Source: Clostridiaceae bacterium
GTDB taxonomy: Bacteria; Bacillota; Clostridia; CAYPLH01; DUMO01
Reading direction: 5' to 3'
Assembly: GCA_012839865.1 (NCBI GenBank)
Contig: DUMO01000051.1
Location: 124,001-162,007 of the forward strand
DNA: 38,007 nucleotides
Position 1 is the stretch's first letter; every line of letters begins with the position of its first letter. The notes under the pieces are model-generated. The model saw only the letters and a list, made by a program, of their open reading frames with translations, ran no database searches and was not told the origin of the DNA. A program made the translations under genes and the position numbers. This document shows, in pieces, positions 26,537 to 37,321 of the stretch.

Positions 26537-27400
26537 TTATTTTCCCTTGTAACATCCCTTTTCAATGCACAGTCTTGCTCTTTCTCTTGTTTTTTCATCA
26601 CCCTTTAAGGATTCGGCAAGAAAATCGGGATTATCTTCCATAAATTTTTTCATGGACTTGTAAGGGTCCTTAATGTATTCAACAATGAGATTATATTGAG
26701 GTTTTGTTATCAATCCCTGAGAAAGGGCTTTTTCAAACATGGCCATATCCATTTCAATCATCGACAGCGGCTTTATACCCTGGCCTTCAAGGAACTCGCT
26801 TCCTCCCTGGTTTCTGTCCACAACCACAAGACTCCATCGTATCATACCCCCAAGATTTTTGACAGCCGGAATCCAGGCCCGTTCAAAACTTGAGGCTTCC
26901 GTTATCAGATCGGCTATATGAAGCACATTGCCGCTCTTTATTTCTTTTACCGGTTTTGTTCCGGAGCCATCAGTCAAGACTGTATCAAGGTCCTTGTATA
27001 TGGTAATATGGGGTTTCTTCAAGATAAAAGCAATTATCAATGAAAAGAACCAGTCTCTTCTCTCTCCTCCGGAAACATATTCTATATTGCCAAGCCCGAT
27101 CTTTTCATTTATTACCCTGCACATTTCGTCAACTACACTTTTGTAAACCTCATCCTGCTTGTAATTTTCAAAGGTTTTATGAAGAAGAGCTTCCGGTAAG
27201 GCAAGCTTGCTTGATTTGTTTTTATCTATATAAGCAAGCAATTCATTTGCTTTTTCCTCGCTCCCGTATAAGAAGTGGGTGTTGACATAATACGGTCCTA
27301 TTGTGCCTGAAGTATACCAAAAAGGTTTGTTTTCAGGACATACTCTTATGGCTGATGTACCAAACAGCATTGAGACCAGTTTTTCCTTGAAATTATCCAA
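26537..27400 (-). CDS. Divergent orotate phosphoribosyltransferase-like protein
   Basis: FWYTSGTIGPYY, PRPP-loop-like VLHIADLITEASS and VVVDR; last gene of the pyr operon. TTG start at 27400 follows GAGGTG. Confidence 0.75.
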   Translation of the reverse strand: MDNFKEKLVSMLFGTSAIRVCPENKPFWYTSGTIGPYYVNTHFLYGSEEKANELLAYIDKNKSSKLALPEALLHKTFENYKQDEVYKSVVDEMCRVINEKIGLGNIEYVSGGERRDWFFSLIIAFILKKPHITIYKDLDTVLTDGSGTKPVKEIKSGNVLHIADLITEASSFERAWIPAVKNLGGMIRWSLVVVDRNQGGSEFLEGQGIKPLSMIEMDMAMFEKALSQGLITKPQYNLIVEYIKDPYKSMKKFMEDNPDFLAESLKGDEKTRERARLCIEKGCYKGK

Positions 27401-27463
27401 TACAATCACCTCAATAAAATTATTTGTCTCTTGCATCATAATATAATCACTGGACAGGCTGTT

Positions 27464-28381
27464 TTAGTTCAGCTCCAGCTTCCCTACAATATCATCAAGC
27501 CTGGTCAAATTGCAATTTTTCATATATAAAGCAATACCATCCAAAACTTCAATGCATGCCTTCGGATTTGCAAAATTTGCAGTACCTACCATGACAGCCC
27601 GGGCTCCTGCAAGGAAAAATTCAATCGCATCCTCACCCGTGGTTATTCCTCCCATGCCGATTACAGGAATATTTACACTATGTGAAACCTCATACACCAT
27701 CCGAAGGGCTACAGGCTTTACTGCAGGTCCCGACAAACCGCCAAAATTATTCTTAAGTACAGGTCTTTTAGTATGTATGTCAATAGCCAGCCCCAATATG
27801 GTATTTATAAGAGATACCGCGTCTGCGCCCTGTTCCTCCGCTGCCTTTGCAATCTCGGATATGTTGGAAACATTGGGGGTGAGCTTTACTATAAGAGGCT
27901 TTTTGCATACTTTCCTCACACTGCTGGTTACTTCCGCCACCCCTTTTGCACTGCTTCCAAAGGCCAGACACCCTTCCTTTACGTTCGGGCATGAAACATT
28001 CACCTCTATTGCATCAACATCCGCATCATTCAATTTTTCAGCAATCCTGCAGTAGTCGGAAATTGTGTTTCCTGCAACATTTGCAATAATGGCGGTGTCA
28101 TACTGCCTCAAAAAGGGCATCTCATCCTTTATGAATGCATCAACGCCGGGGTTTTGGAGTCCGACACTGTTCAAAATGCCGGAGGGGGTCTCCGCAATCC
28201 TGGGAGGTGGATTTCCTTTCCGGGGCTCCAGGGTCAGCCCCTTTACAGAAATACCTCCTATTTTGTTTAGATCAATGTATTCTGCATACTCCCTGCCAAA
28301 ACCGAAGGTCCCTGATGCGGCTATAACCGGATTTTTTAGTTTCAGCCCTGAAATTTCCACTTGAAGATCCATATTTGCCAT
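27464..28381 (-). CDS. pyrD: Dihydroorotate dehydrogenase catalytic subunit (family 1B)
   Basis: ASGTFGFG, NSVGLQNPG, NVSCPN, VKLTPN and GGLSGPAVKPVA; adjacent to pyrK. Confidence 0.96.
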   Translation of the reverse strand: MANMDLQVEISGLKLKNPVIAASGTFGFGREYAEYIDLNKIGGISVKGLTLEPRKGNPPPRIAETPSGILNSVGLQNPGVDAFIKDEMPFLRQYDTAIIANVAGNTISDYCRIAEKLNDADVDAIEVNVSCPNVKEGCLAFGSSAKGVAEVTSSVRKVCKKPLIVKLTPNVSNISEIAKAAEEQGADAVSLINTILGLAIDIHTKRPVLKNNFGGLSGPAVKPVALRMVYEVSHSVNIPVIGMGGITTGEDAIEFFLAGARAVMVGTANFANPKACIEVLDGIALYMKNCNLTRLDDIVGKLELN

Positions 28382-28583
28382 TATAATCTCCCTGCCAAAC
28401 TCAAAAAGTTAATTTAATGTACTCTCAACTATTACATGGTTGGATATCATGCCACAGCTCCGAGATATAGTGCAAGACACAAGTTTGCCTCATAAGCTGC
28501 CGGCAGGTATGATGCCACACCGCTTTGATACCACTTCCAAACAACATGGCTGCTTGTCATATATTTTTACATCGAATCATTCA

Positions 28584-29375
28584 CTAGTCAAATATTATGT
28601 CGCTGCTCCAGAAAACCGGCCCATCCTTGCATACCCGGGAATACTTCCAGTCATCCTTGTCCTTTACTTTTGTTTTGCAGGAGCAGACAAGACATGTCCC
28701 AATACCGCAGCCCATTCTCTGTTCCAGGGAAACCTGGCACAGAACACCGAAATTTTCAGCAATCTTCGAAACTTTCTTCAACATGGGCGCCGGTCCGCAT
28801 GTATAAATCATATCAAAATTTTCAGACGGAAGATGGTTTTCCAATATTGAAGTAACAAACCCTTTATACCCTTCTGAACCGTCTTCGGTTGCAATCTCCA
28901 GCCTGCTGCAAAGTCTTGAAAAATCATCAGCCAGCACTATCAAATCTTTTGACCTGAACCCCAGGTAAGATACTGTTCTCTGACTTTTGGACATTTCATT
29001 TAAAAGGAAGAGCAAAGGAAATATCCCTATTCCTCCTCCAACAACAGCAATATTTTTATTACTTTCCGATATGTCAAAGGGCTTGCCCAGGGGACCCATT
29101 ATATCAATTGAATCTCCTGCCTTTTTCCCGGCCAGGTGCCCTGTACCCTTACCCTTCACCTGGAAAATTATATCGAAGGTTTTCCTTTCCCTGTCTGCAA
29201 AAGCAATACTTATTGGCCTTCTTAAAAGCATTTCCGAATCGTCGCCACATTTTACATGGACAAACTGGCCAGGCATTGCATTGGAAGATATATATTCCGA
29301 AAGGATTGTCATTCTAAAGATATCTTCCCTCAACATTTTCATATCAACAATTTTATCTTTAAATACTCCGGACAT
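28584..29375 (-). CDS. pyrK: Dihydroorotate dehydrogenase electron-transfer subunit
   Basis: RRPIS, GGGIGIFP, CGPAPM and 2Fe-2S motif MGCGIGTCLVC...RVCKDGPVF. Confidence 0.95.
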   Translation of the reverse strand: MSGVFKDKIVDMKMLREDIFRMTILSEYISSNAMPGQFVHVKCGDDSEMLLRRPISIAFADRERKTFDIIFQVKGKGTGHLAGKKAGDSIDIMGPLGKPFDISESNKNIAVVGGGIGIFPLLFLLNEMSKSQRTVSYLGFRSKDLIVLADDFSRLCSRLEIATEDGSEGYKGFVTSILENHLPSENFDMIYTCGPAPMLKKVSKIAENFGVLCQVSLEQRMGCGIGTCLVCSCKTKVKDKDDWKYSRVCKDGPVFWSSDIIFD

Positions 29376-29509
29376 TTCATCCCACCTTGTCAGTTTTTGA
29401 TACCTGCCCTTGCCTTAAGGTCCGTTAGTCAGACAGTCTTTTTAAAAATAAATCAAACATCGTCCCATACTTTGGTCAGGGCATTTAAGGCAGGCATGTA
29501 AAGCTTAAG

Positions 29510-32500
29510 CTAAAAGTTTTTTTCCAGTTCCTTCAGGTTGACGGCATTAAGTTCCTTTTTCTCCCTTTGAAGCTTTATGCTGTCAATTACAGCCTTTACA
29601 GTATCCAGGGAGGTAAAGCATGGTATTGAGCTTTCCACAGACTTTCTTCTTATTTTGAATCCGTCCCGTTCAGGTTTTCGCCCCTTTGTGGGTGTATTTA
29701 TAACAAGCTGAATTTTTCCGGACTCAATCAAATCAAGTATATTTGGGGAACCCTCATCAATCTTCTTCACCACATTGGTTGCAATCCCATGCCGGTTCAG
29801 AAGTAGAGCGGTCTTGCCGGTGGCGAAAAGTTCATAACCCAGTTTTTCAAATTCTTCAGCAATTTTTATAAGCTCAGGTTTGTCGGTATCCCGGACTGTC
29901 ATCAATACACCGCACCTTTCCGCCTTAAGCTTGATGCCGGAAGCGATTATTCCTTTGTACATTGCTTCTGAAAGTGTTTTTGCAATTCCAAGAACCTCAC
30001 CCGTGGATTTCATTTCAGGACCCAGGCTGATCTCTACATCCTGAAGCTTCTCAAAAGAGAATACCGGAACTTTAACCGCAACATATCCTGAATATTTGTA
30101 AATACCTGTTCCGTAACCGAAATCCCTGAGCTTTTGGCCCATTGAAATTTTTGTAGCCAGACTGACCATGGGTACGCCTGTTACCTTGCTTATATATGGT
30201 ATTGTACGGCTTGACCTCGGGTTTACCTCAATTACATATATTTCATTGTCGTACATTATAAACTGGATGTTTATGAGGCCTTTTACCTTAAGCTCCCGGG
30301 CTATTTTTACAGTATAATCAACAACTTTTTCGGTTAATTTTTTATTCAAAGACTGGGCCGGATAAACAGAAATACTGTCTCCCGAATGAACCCCGGCTCT
30401 TTCCAGGTGTTCCATGATTCCGGGGATTAGTACCTCGTCCCCGTCGCTGATTGCATCCACTTCAATTTCTCTGCCCATCATGTATTTATCAATAAGTATG
30501 GGATGCTCCTGCCTGACCATGTTTATTATTTTCATAAACTCCACAATGTCCCGGTCTTCGTAAGCTATCTCCATTCCCTGACCACCAAGCACATAGGAAG
30601 GTCTTACAAGCACGGGATATTGAAGTTCATTGGCCGCCTTCAGGGCTTCATCAAGGGTGAACACAGTTTTGCCCCTGGGTCTTGGAATTCTGAGCTTTTC
30701 AAGCATTGAATCAAATTTTTCCCTGTCTTCTGCAATGTCAATATGCTCAGGCTGAGTTCCCCATATTTTAACATTCATATTGCTCAAGGCTTTTGTCAGC
30801 TTTATGGCAGTCTGTCCTCCAAACTGGACAATAACACCTGTCACATTCTCCACATCAAGTATGTTTTCAATGTCTTCCCGGGTTAAGGGCTCGAAATACA
30901 GCCTGTCCGCCGTGTCAAAATCTGTGCTGACTGTTTCCGGGTTGTTGTTGACTATTATTGTTTCGTAACCTGCTTCCTTGAGTGCCCAAACGGAATGGAC
31001 GGAACAATAGTCAAATTCTATCCCCTGCCCAATCCTGATGGGTCCTGAACCTATTACAAGGACCCTCTCCTTCTGAGAGCCTTCAACCTCTGATTCTTCA
31101 TCGTAAACAGAGTAGTAATAAGGGGTTGCGGTTTCAAGGACCTCCTGACACGTATCGACCTTTTTGAATGCCGCACGTATATCAAATTGCCTTCTCAAAG
31201 CTTTAATATCTTCGGTACTGCATCCTGTCAGGCCGGCTATAACGGAATCGGTAAAGCCCAATTCTTTTGCTCTCAACAGTATATCCCTGTTAAGCTTGTC
31301 AAGGCTTAATGTTTTAAGATTCTCCTCCATTAATACCAGGTTCTGAATTTTGGAAAGGAAAAATTTATCAATGTAAGTAATGCTGTATAATTCTTCATTA
31401 GTTATATTACGCCTTATGGCCTCTGCTATCAGGAACAACCTTTCGGTATCGGCTTCTTTAATCCTTGCAATTATCTCTTCTGTTGTAAAAGCTTTATACC
31501 TCGGGTGCTCAAGAGTAAACATATTTTGCTCCAGAGAGCGGATTGCCTTCATTAATGCCGATTCTATTGAATTGCTGATGGACATTACCTCGCCGGTAGC
31601 CTTCATTTGAGTACCGAGTTTTTTATTTGCATAAACAAATTTATCAAAAGGCCATTTGGGCACTTTTATAACAATATAATCAGGAGCGGGTTCAAACCCC
31701 TTCAGGCTTTTCCCGGTCAATTCATTTCCGATTTCATCCAGTGTGTAACCTATTGCAATTTTAGTTGAAATCTTGGCAATCGGATACCCGGTAGCCTTTG
31801 ATGCCAGGGCTGATGAGCGGCTGACCCTTGGATTTACTTCAATAACAGCATACTCTGAAGTTTCAGGATGCACTGCAAATTGTATGTTGCATCCACCTTC
31901 TATTCCCAACTCTGAAATGATTTTAAGGGAAGCCAGCCTCAGCATTTGGTATTCACTCTCGTTGAGGGTCTGGGCGGGCGCAACAACTATGCTGTCACCG
32001 GTATGCACTCCGACAGGGTCGATGTTTTCCATGCTGCATACCATAATGGCATTTCCCGCACTGTCCCGCATTACTTCAAACTCTATTTCTTTCCATCCTG
32101 AAATGCACTTTTCTATAAGAATCTGATGCACTCTGCTGAGCCGAAGCCCGTTTACGGCAATTTCACGAAGCTCGTTTTCGCTCCTGGCTATGCCTCCCCC
32201 TGTCCCCCCCAGTGTATAGGCAGGTCTTACAATAACAGGGTATTTTATATCGTTGGCAAATTCCAATGCATCCGCCACGGAATTGACAACCTTGCTTGCT
32301 ATGCACGGCTGCCCTATTTTTTCCATGGCTGCCTTAAACTCCTGCCGGTCTTCAGCCTTTTTTATCGATTCGGTTCCTGTACCTAATATCTTTACTCCAT
32401 ATTTTGCAAGACAGCCTGACTCGGATAGCTCCATTGCCAGATTAAGGCCGGTTTGCCCGCCTAATGTTGGAAGAATACTGTCAGGCCTTTCTTTTTCAAT

Positions 32501-32731
32501 TATCTTAATGGCCATTTCCACAGTAAGGGGTTCTATATAGACATTGTCCGCTATTCCTGTATCTGTCATTATTGTTGCAGGGTTGCTGTTTATGAGCACA
32601 ACCTCGATGTTTTCATCCTTCAAAGCCCTGCATGCCTGCGTTCCCGCATAATCAAACTCTGCAGCCTGTCCGATGACAATTGGTCCCGATCCTATAACCA
32701 TTACCTTTTTAATATCTTGTCGTTTTGGCAT
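29510..32731 (-). CDS. carB: Carbamoyl-phosphate synthase large subunit
   Basis: MPKRQDIKKVMVIGSGPIVIGQAAEFDY, two ATP-grasp halves and an MGS domain. Start at ATG 32731 follows GGGAG. Confidence 0.98.
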   Translation of the reverse strand: MPKRQDIKKVMVIGSGPIVIGQAAEFDYAGTQACRALKDENIEVVLINSNPATIMTDTGIADNVYIEPLTVEMAIKIIEKERPDSILPTLGGQTGLNLAMELSESGCLAKYGVKILGTGTESIKKAEDRQEFKAAMEKIGQPCIASKVVNSVADALEFANDIKYPVIVRPAYTLGGTGGGIARSENELREIAVNGLRLSRVHQILIEKCISGWKEIEFEVMRDSAGNAIMVCSMENIDPVGVHTGDSIVVAPAQTLNESEYQMLRLASLKIISELGIEGGCNIQFAVHPETSEYAVIEVNPRVSRSSALASKATGYPIAKISTKIAIGYTLDEIGNELTGKSLKGFEPAPDYIVIKVPKWPFDKFVYANKKLGTQMKATGEVMSISNSIESALMKAIRSLEQNMFTLEHPRYKAFTTEEIIARIKEADTERLFLIAEAIRRNITNEELYSITYIDKFFLSKIQNLVLMEENLKTLSLDKLNRDILLRAKELGFTDSVIAGLTGCSTEDIKALRRQFDIRAAFKKVDTCQEVLETATPYYYSVYDEESEVEGSQKERVLVIGSGPIRIGQGIEFDYCSVHSVWALKEAGYETIIVNNNPETVSTDFDTADRLYFEPLTREDIENILDVENVTGVIVQFGGQTAIKLTKALSNMNVKIWGTQPEHIDIAEDREKFDSMLEKLRIPRPRGKTVFTLDEALKAANELQYPVLVRPSYVLGGQGMEIAYEDRDIVEFMKIINMVRQEHPILIDKYMMGREIEVDAISDGDEVLIPGIMEHLERAGVHSGDSISVYPAQSLNKKLTEKVVDYTVKIARELKVKGLINIQFIMYDNEIYVIEVNPRSSRTIPYISKVTGVPMVSLATKISMGQKLRDFGYGTGIYKYSGYVAVKVPVFSFEKLQDVEISLGPEMKSTGEVLGIAKTLSEAMYKGIIASGIKLKAERCGVLMTVRDTDKPELIKIAEEFEKLGYELFATGKTALLLNRHGIATNVVKKIDEGSPNILDLIESGKIQLVINTPTKGRKPERDGFKIRRKSVESSIPCFTSLDTVKAVIDSIKLQREKKELNAVNLKELEKNF

Positions 32732-32823
32732 TTTTTCACTCCCATTTTTAATAAGTCTGGTATATAAATTTAATTTGTGCAAGATGCTATTATGTTAATT
32801 CAACAAACCTGGCGGCTTAAACT

Positions 32824-33771
32824 TCAACAGCTTTTCAATCTGTCAATTTCATTGTTCAGTTTATCTCTCATGTCAATCACTTCAGCCCTGGCAGCATTGC
32901 CAAAACTGTCTTCATTAAAAATACCTCTCCACTTTTCCGATTTATATGCACACATTATTCCCCGGGAGGAATTCACTATTGCACCCAATCCGTCCTTGTT
33001 GAAACTTTTGGCCGCATCCCGGGCAGTCCCCCCCTGGGCTCCGTATCCCGGTACAAGGATATATGAGCTTTTCATAAGCTTCCGAAGTTCAAAAGCCTGC
33101 TCGGGGTATGTAGCGCCAACTACCGCACCAACACTGCTGTAACCATATTTCCCTGTCAATTCGCTTCCCCATTTGTTTACATAATCCGCGATTATTTCAT
33201 ATATGAACCTGCCATCCTGTGTATTGACATCCTGCAGTTGGCCGGAAGATTTATTGGATGTTTTCACAAGCACAAAAATTCCTTTTCCATATTTTTTGCA
33301 ATCTTCAATAAAAGGTTCGATCCCGTCATAGCCAAGATATGGATTGACTGTAAGGGCATCCACATCAAACACGGAGTATTCCAAACCACCGGCGTTGGTT
33401 TTGCCAAGATAAGCCGCTGAATAAGCTTTTGCGGTGCTGCCTATGTCATTTCTCTTTCCGTCGGCTATGACAAGAAGCCCTTTATCTTTTGCGTACCTGA
33501 TGGTTTTTTGAAAACATGCCATTCCCTGAACTCCATACATTTCGTAGCAAGCGAGCTGGAGTTTTACCGCTGGTACAAGGTCACATATTGAATCGATTAT
33601 TGTTGTGTTGAATTCATATATTGCCCCGGCGCAAGCTTCAAAGAAATCGACGGATTTGTTTTTGTATTTTTCAACTATATATGAAGGTATATAATCGAGC
33701 TGCGGATCAAGTCCTGCAACTGTGGGATTGTTCTTTTCTTTTATTTTTTCAATTAAAAGGTCTATAAACAT
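32824..33771 (-). CDS. pyrF: Orotidine-5'-phosphate decarboxylase (subfamily 2)
   Basis: VAGLDP, DGKRNDIGST, TVNPYLG, VVGATYP and LVPGYGAQGG. Confidence 0.96.
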   Translation of the reverse strand: MFIDLLIEKIKEKNNPTVAGLDPQLDYIPSYIVEKYKNKSVDFFEACAGAIYEFNTTIIDSICDLVPAVKLQLACYEMYGVQGMACFQKTIRYAKDKGLLVIADGKRNDIGSTAKAYSAAYLGKTNAGGLEYSVFDVDALTVNPYLGYDGIEPFIEDCKKYGKGIFVLVKTSNKSSGQLQDVNTQDGRFIYEIIADYVNKWGSELTGKYGYSSVGAVVGATYPEQAFELRKLMKSSYILVPGYGAQGGTARDAAKSFNKDGLGAIVNSSRGIMCAYKSEKWRGIFNEDSFGNAARAEVIDMRDKLNNEIDRLKSC

Positions 33772-33946
33772 TTTTTCACCTCTTCCTTTGTTTTCAAATT
33801 TGCTTTCGAATCAATTTGAACCTTTGCCAGGTACAAGCCCATAAAATCAAGTCTATTGGTCCAGGTTCCGATTTTCATCCCCGTATTATTCCGGATAAAA
33901 GCCCATAGGTTGATTCCGGATTATATAAAATTATTAATTAAAATTC

Positions 33947-35236
33947 CTATACCATAAGCTTCTTATCCCGTACAACAATTTTGCCCCCGACTATGGTATA
34001 AGACGGCTTTCCGTATAATTTAAAACCGTTAAAAGGAGAGTTCTTTCCCTTTGATATAAATTTTGATGTATCAACTGTATATTCTTCGTTGACATCCACT
34101 ATTGCAATATCTGCAGCTCCCCCCACTTCAAGGGTACCCTTGCGTATTCCCAGCATATTTGCCGGATTGCAGCACATTTTTTTAACAAGTTGTTCCATTG
34201 TCAAATGACCCTTTTTTACAAGGTATGCTATGGCCAGGGGCAATGCTGTTTCAAATCCTGTAATCCCATTGGCAGCCAAATTGAACTCGACATTTTTCTC
34301 ATCCATATGATGAGGCGCATGGTCAGTGGCAATTATGTCAATGGTGCCGTCCTTAAGTCCCTCAATTATTGCATTGACATCTTTTTCACTTCGGAGGGGA
34401 GGGTTGACCTTAGCCATGGTGTTAAAATCGCTGCAGGCGCTTTCATCCAGGGAGAAGTAATGAGGACATGTCTCGCAGGTTACTTTGACCCCTCTCTTTT
34501 TTGCATTCCGGATTAAATTTACCGACATTTCGGTACTGACATGGGCTATATGGATTGGAATTCCCGTATACTCTGAAAGAAGCAAATCCCTTGAAACCAT
34601 AACCGACTCCGATACGGCCGGTACTCCCCTAAGTCCCATGACAGTGGAATAATATCCCTCATTCATGACACCGCCGTCCGTAAGGGACTTATCCTCACAA
34701 TGTGATATCACCCGAATATTAAAGGCTGATGAATATTGCAGAGCCCTCAGCATAACCATTGAATTTTCCACAGGGTTTCCGTCATCAGAAATTCCAACCG
34801 CACCGGCAAATTTCAGCTCTCCAATGTCTGCCAGTTCCTTTCCCTGCTGACCCTTGGTAATTGCACCAATCGGAAAGACATTCACGACTCCTTTGCGACT
34901 TGCCGTTTCACTTATATAGCTTAAAACAGCCTGATTGTCTGCCACAGGGTTTGTATTGGGCATGCATGCAATTGAAGTAAAACCTCCCGCCGCCGCACTC
35001 CTGGTTCCTGTAGCAATATCCTCCTTGTATTCATAACCCGGGTCCCTCAGGTGGCAGTGGCAGTCCACCAGTCCCGGAATTACATATTTTCCTGCTGCAT
35101 CTATCAAATCATCCGCTTCCTCATGAAGATCCCTGCCCATTTTAACTATAATCCCATTTTCGGTTAAAATATCGCAAATATCGCTGAAATCACTTTTCGG
35201 ATCTACAACATGCCCGCTTTTAACAAGCAGCTTCAT
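33947..35236 (-). CDS. pyrC: Dihydroorotase
   Basis: HCHLRDPG, MPNTNP, KVNPPLR and ATDHAPH. Confidence 0.96.
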   Translation of the reverse strand: MKLLVKSGHVVDPKSDFSDICDILTENGIIVKMGRDLHEEADDLIDAAGKYVIPGLVDCHCHLRDPGYEYKEDIATGTRSAAAGGFTSIACMPNTNPVADNQAVLSYISETASRKGVVNVFPIGAITKGQQGKELADIGELKFAGAVGISDDGNPVENSMVMLRALQYSSAFNIRVISHCEDKSLTDGGVMNEGYYSTVMGLRGVPAVSESVMVSRDLLLSEYTGIPIHIAHVSTEMSVNLIRNAKKRGVKVTCETCPHYFSLDESACSDFNTMAKVNPPLRSEKDVNAIIEGLKDGTIDIIATDHAPHHMDEKNVEFNLAANGITGFETALPLAIAYLVKKGHLTMEQLVKKMCCNPANMLGIRKGTLEVGGAADIAIVDVNEEYTVDTSKFISKGKNSPFNGFKLYGKPSYTIVGGKIVVRDKKLMV

Positions 35237-36164
35237 CGGTACTCCTCCTTGTAAGCAAAAATAAAAGTGCCATTCTCACAGCGACCCCGTTTGTTACCTG
35301 CTCATTAATAAATGAGGAATCACCGTCGATAATGTCACTTGTCAGCTCCACACCCCTGTTTACAGGGCCGGGATGCAAAATAATGGCATCCTTTTTAGCC
35401 AAAGAAAGTATTTTTCTATCCACACCGTAAAATCTCGAATATTCCCGCAATGACGGAAGCAGGCAATGGCTCAGCCTTTCAGCCTGTATCCGCAAATTTA
35501 TTATAACGTCTGCATCAATAATAGCTTGCTGAACTGTGCCAAACACCTTCACTCCCATTTTTTCTATTTGAGGAGGTAAAAGGGTCGCAGGTCCCGCCAC
35601 CGAAACTTTGGCACCCATCTTTGTAAGACCCCAGATGTTGCTTCTTGCAACCCTGCTGTGATAAATATCCCCCAGTATGCAAACGTTCAGCCCGCTGATG
35701 GCACCTTTCTTTTCCATGATAGTATACATATCCAATAATGCCTGTGTTGGGTGCTCATTCATACCGTCCCCGGCGTTTATCACCGAAGCCTTGATATGTT
35801 TTGAAAGAAACCGGGGAGCACCTGACATGGGGTGCCTTATCACAATCACATCAGCCCCCATCATATTTATCGTCCTTGCAGTATCCAGCAGTGTTTCACC
35901 CTTTGAAACGCTGCTTCCTGAAGCTGAAATGTTTGCAGCACTTGCACCAAGGTACTTTGACGCCAGTTCAAAAGACAGCCTTGTCCTGGTACTGTTTTCA
36001 TAAAACAATGTTACAATGCTTTTCCCCTGCAGATGGGGACCTCTCTTATTCCCGGAAGTCAACATATATTTCATGGACCCGGCGGTCTTTAAAATCAATT
36101 GGATGTCATCCACCGGCATGTCAAAAAGGCCAAGTATGTGCTTTGACTTTAGTGCACTCATCAA
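35220..36164 (-). CDS. pyrB: Aspartate carbamoyltransferase catalytic subunit
   Basis: FYENSTRT, HPTQALLD and HPGPVNRGVE. Start is TTG 36164 or ATG 36161. Confidence 0.97.
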   Translation of the reverse strand: MMSALKSKHILGLFDMPVDDIQLILKTAGSMKYMLTSGNKRGPHLQGKSIVTLFYENSTRTRLSFELASKYLGASAANISASGSSVSKGETLLDTARTINMMGADVIVIRHPMSGAPRFLSKHIKASVINAGDGMNEHPTQALLDMYTIMEKKGAISGLNVCILGDIYHSRVARSNIWGLTKMGAKVSVAGPATLLPPQIEKMGVKVFGTVQQAIIDADVIINLRIQAERLSHCLLPSLREYSRFYGVDRKILSLAKKDAIILHPGPVNRGVELTSDIIDGDSSFINEQVTNGVAVRMALLFLLTRRSTDEAAC

Positions 36165-36347
36165 AAACCTCTCCTTAAAGCTTGGTAAAAAAATTGTTTG
36201 CTCTTAAAAAGCAGTCATGGCATGGTTGCTTCGTTCATGTTTTTTCAGAAAATCCAGCGGGAATTCAACAGCCAGCAATACTAGCGGCTCCAAAGCCCGC
36301 AATTTTAAAGTCGATGCCCTTTACAAAGCTAAAATGCCTTTTTTGCT

Positions 36348-36893
<546 letters not shown>

Positions 36894-37144
36894 TCAGGTC
36901 ACCTTCTTTATTTAATATTTATCGATTTGCATTCCATTACAACCGGCAAATCATATAATTCATATGTACAATTGTTATCTTGAGCAATTTAAACGGTTTT
37001 GATTATTAACTTTATTTTGTCCGGAGCTGAAAAAGAGATTTAAAATAATCATAGACTTAACTTGAATTTGACTGGTTCTTGTAAACACGTTTGACAGTAC
37101 TATGGCACCAGCTTTTTTTTGGTATATATTCGGCAAAATACCCA

Positions 37145-37175
37145 AAATAAAAACTTCCTGCGAACGGCAAGAAGT
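37145..37175 (-). terminator. Attenuator terminator of the pyr leader
   Basis: ACUUCUUGC-cguuc-GCAGGAAGU followed by UUUUAUUU. Confidence 0.8.
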
Positions 37176-37266
37176 CAACTTGTAACCTAATAATGATCAT
37201 TATTAACTGCAATCCACCATAGGGTGAGTATGAATAATGATAAAATTAAAATACTTGAAAATTCTT

Positions 37267-37300
37267 ACCTTTTCAGCCTCTCTGGACTAATTTAAAAGGT
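37267..37300 (-). promoter_or_regulatory. PyrR binding loop (anti-antiterminator)
   Basis: ACCUUUUAAAUUAGUCCAGAGAGGCUGAAAAGGU contains the PyrR consensus ARUCCAGAGAGGYU inside a CCUUUU/AAAAGG stem. Confidence 0.92.
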
Positions 37301-37321
37301 TTCAATATTAAATTTTTTTAA

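Noticed and set aside
28382..28583. 37-codon ORF (MTSSHVVWKWYQ...) in the pyrK-pyrD spacer
   Set aside because: No RBS and no recognisable motif; no PyrR loop either.
33772..33946. Short repeats (ATCCGGAAT x2, TATGGGCTT x2) in the pyrC-pyrF spacer
   Set aside because: Too short and irregular to distinguish from chance; not a PyrR site.
36165..36347. Second PyrR attenuator between pyrR and pyrB
   Set aside because: Only weak hairpins are present, with no UCCAGAGAGG loop.
36975..37178. 67-aa ORF in the pyr leader
   Set aside because: It starts inside the attenuator terminator, has no RBS and no family features.
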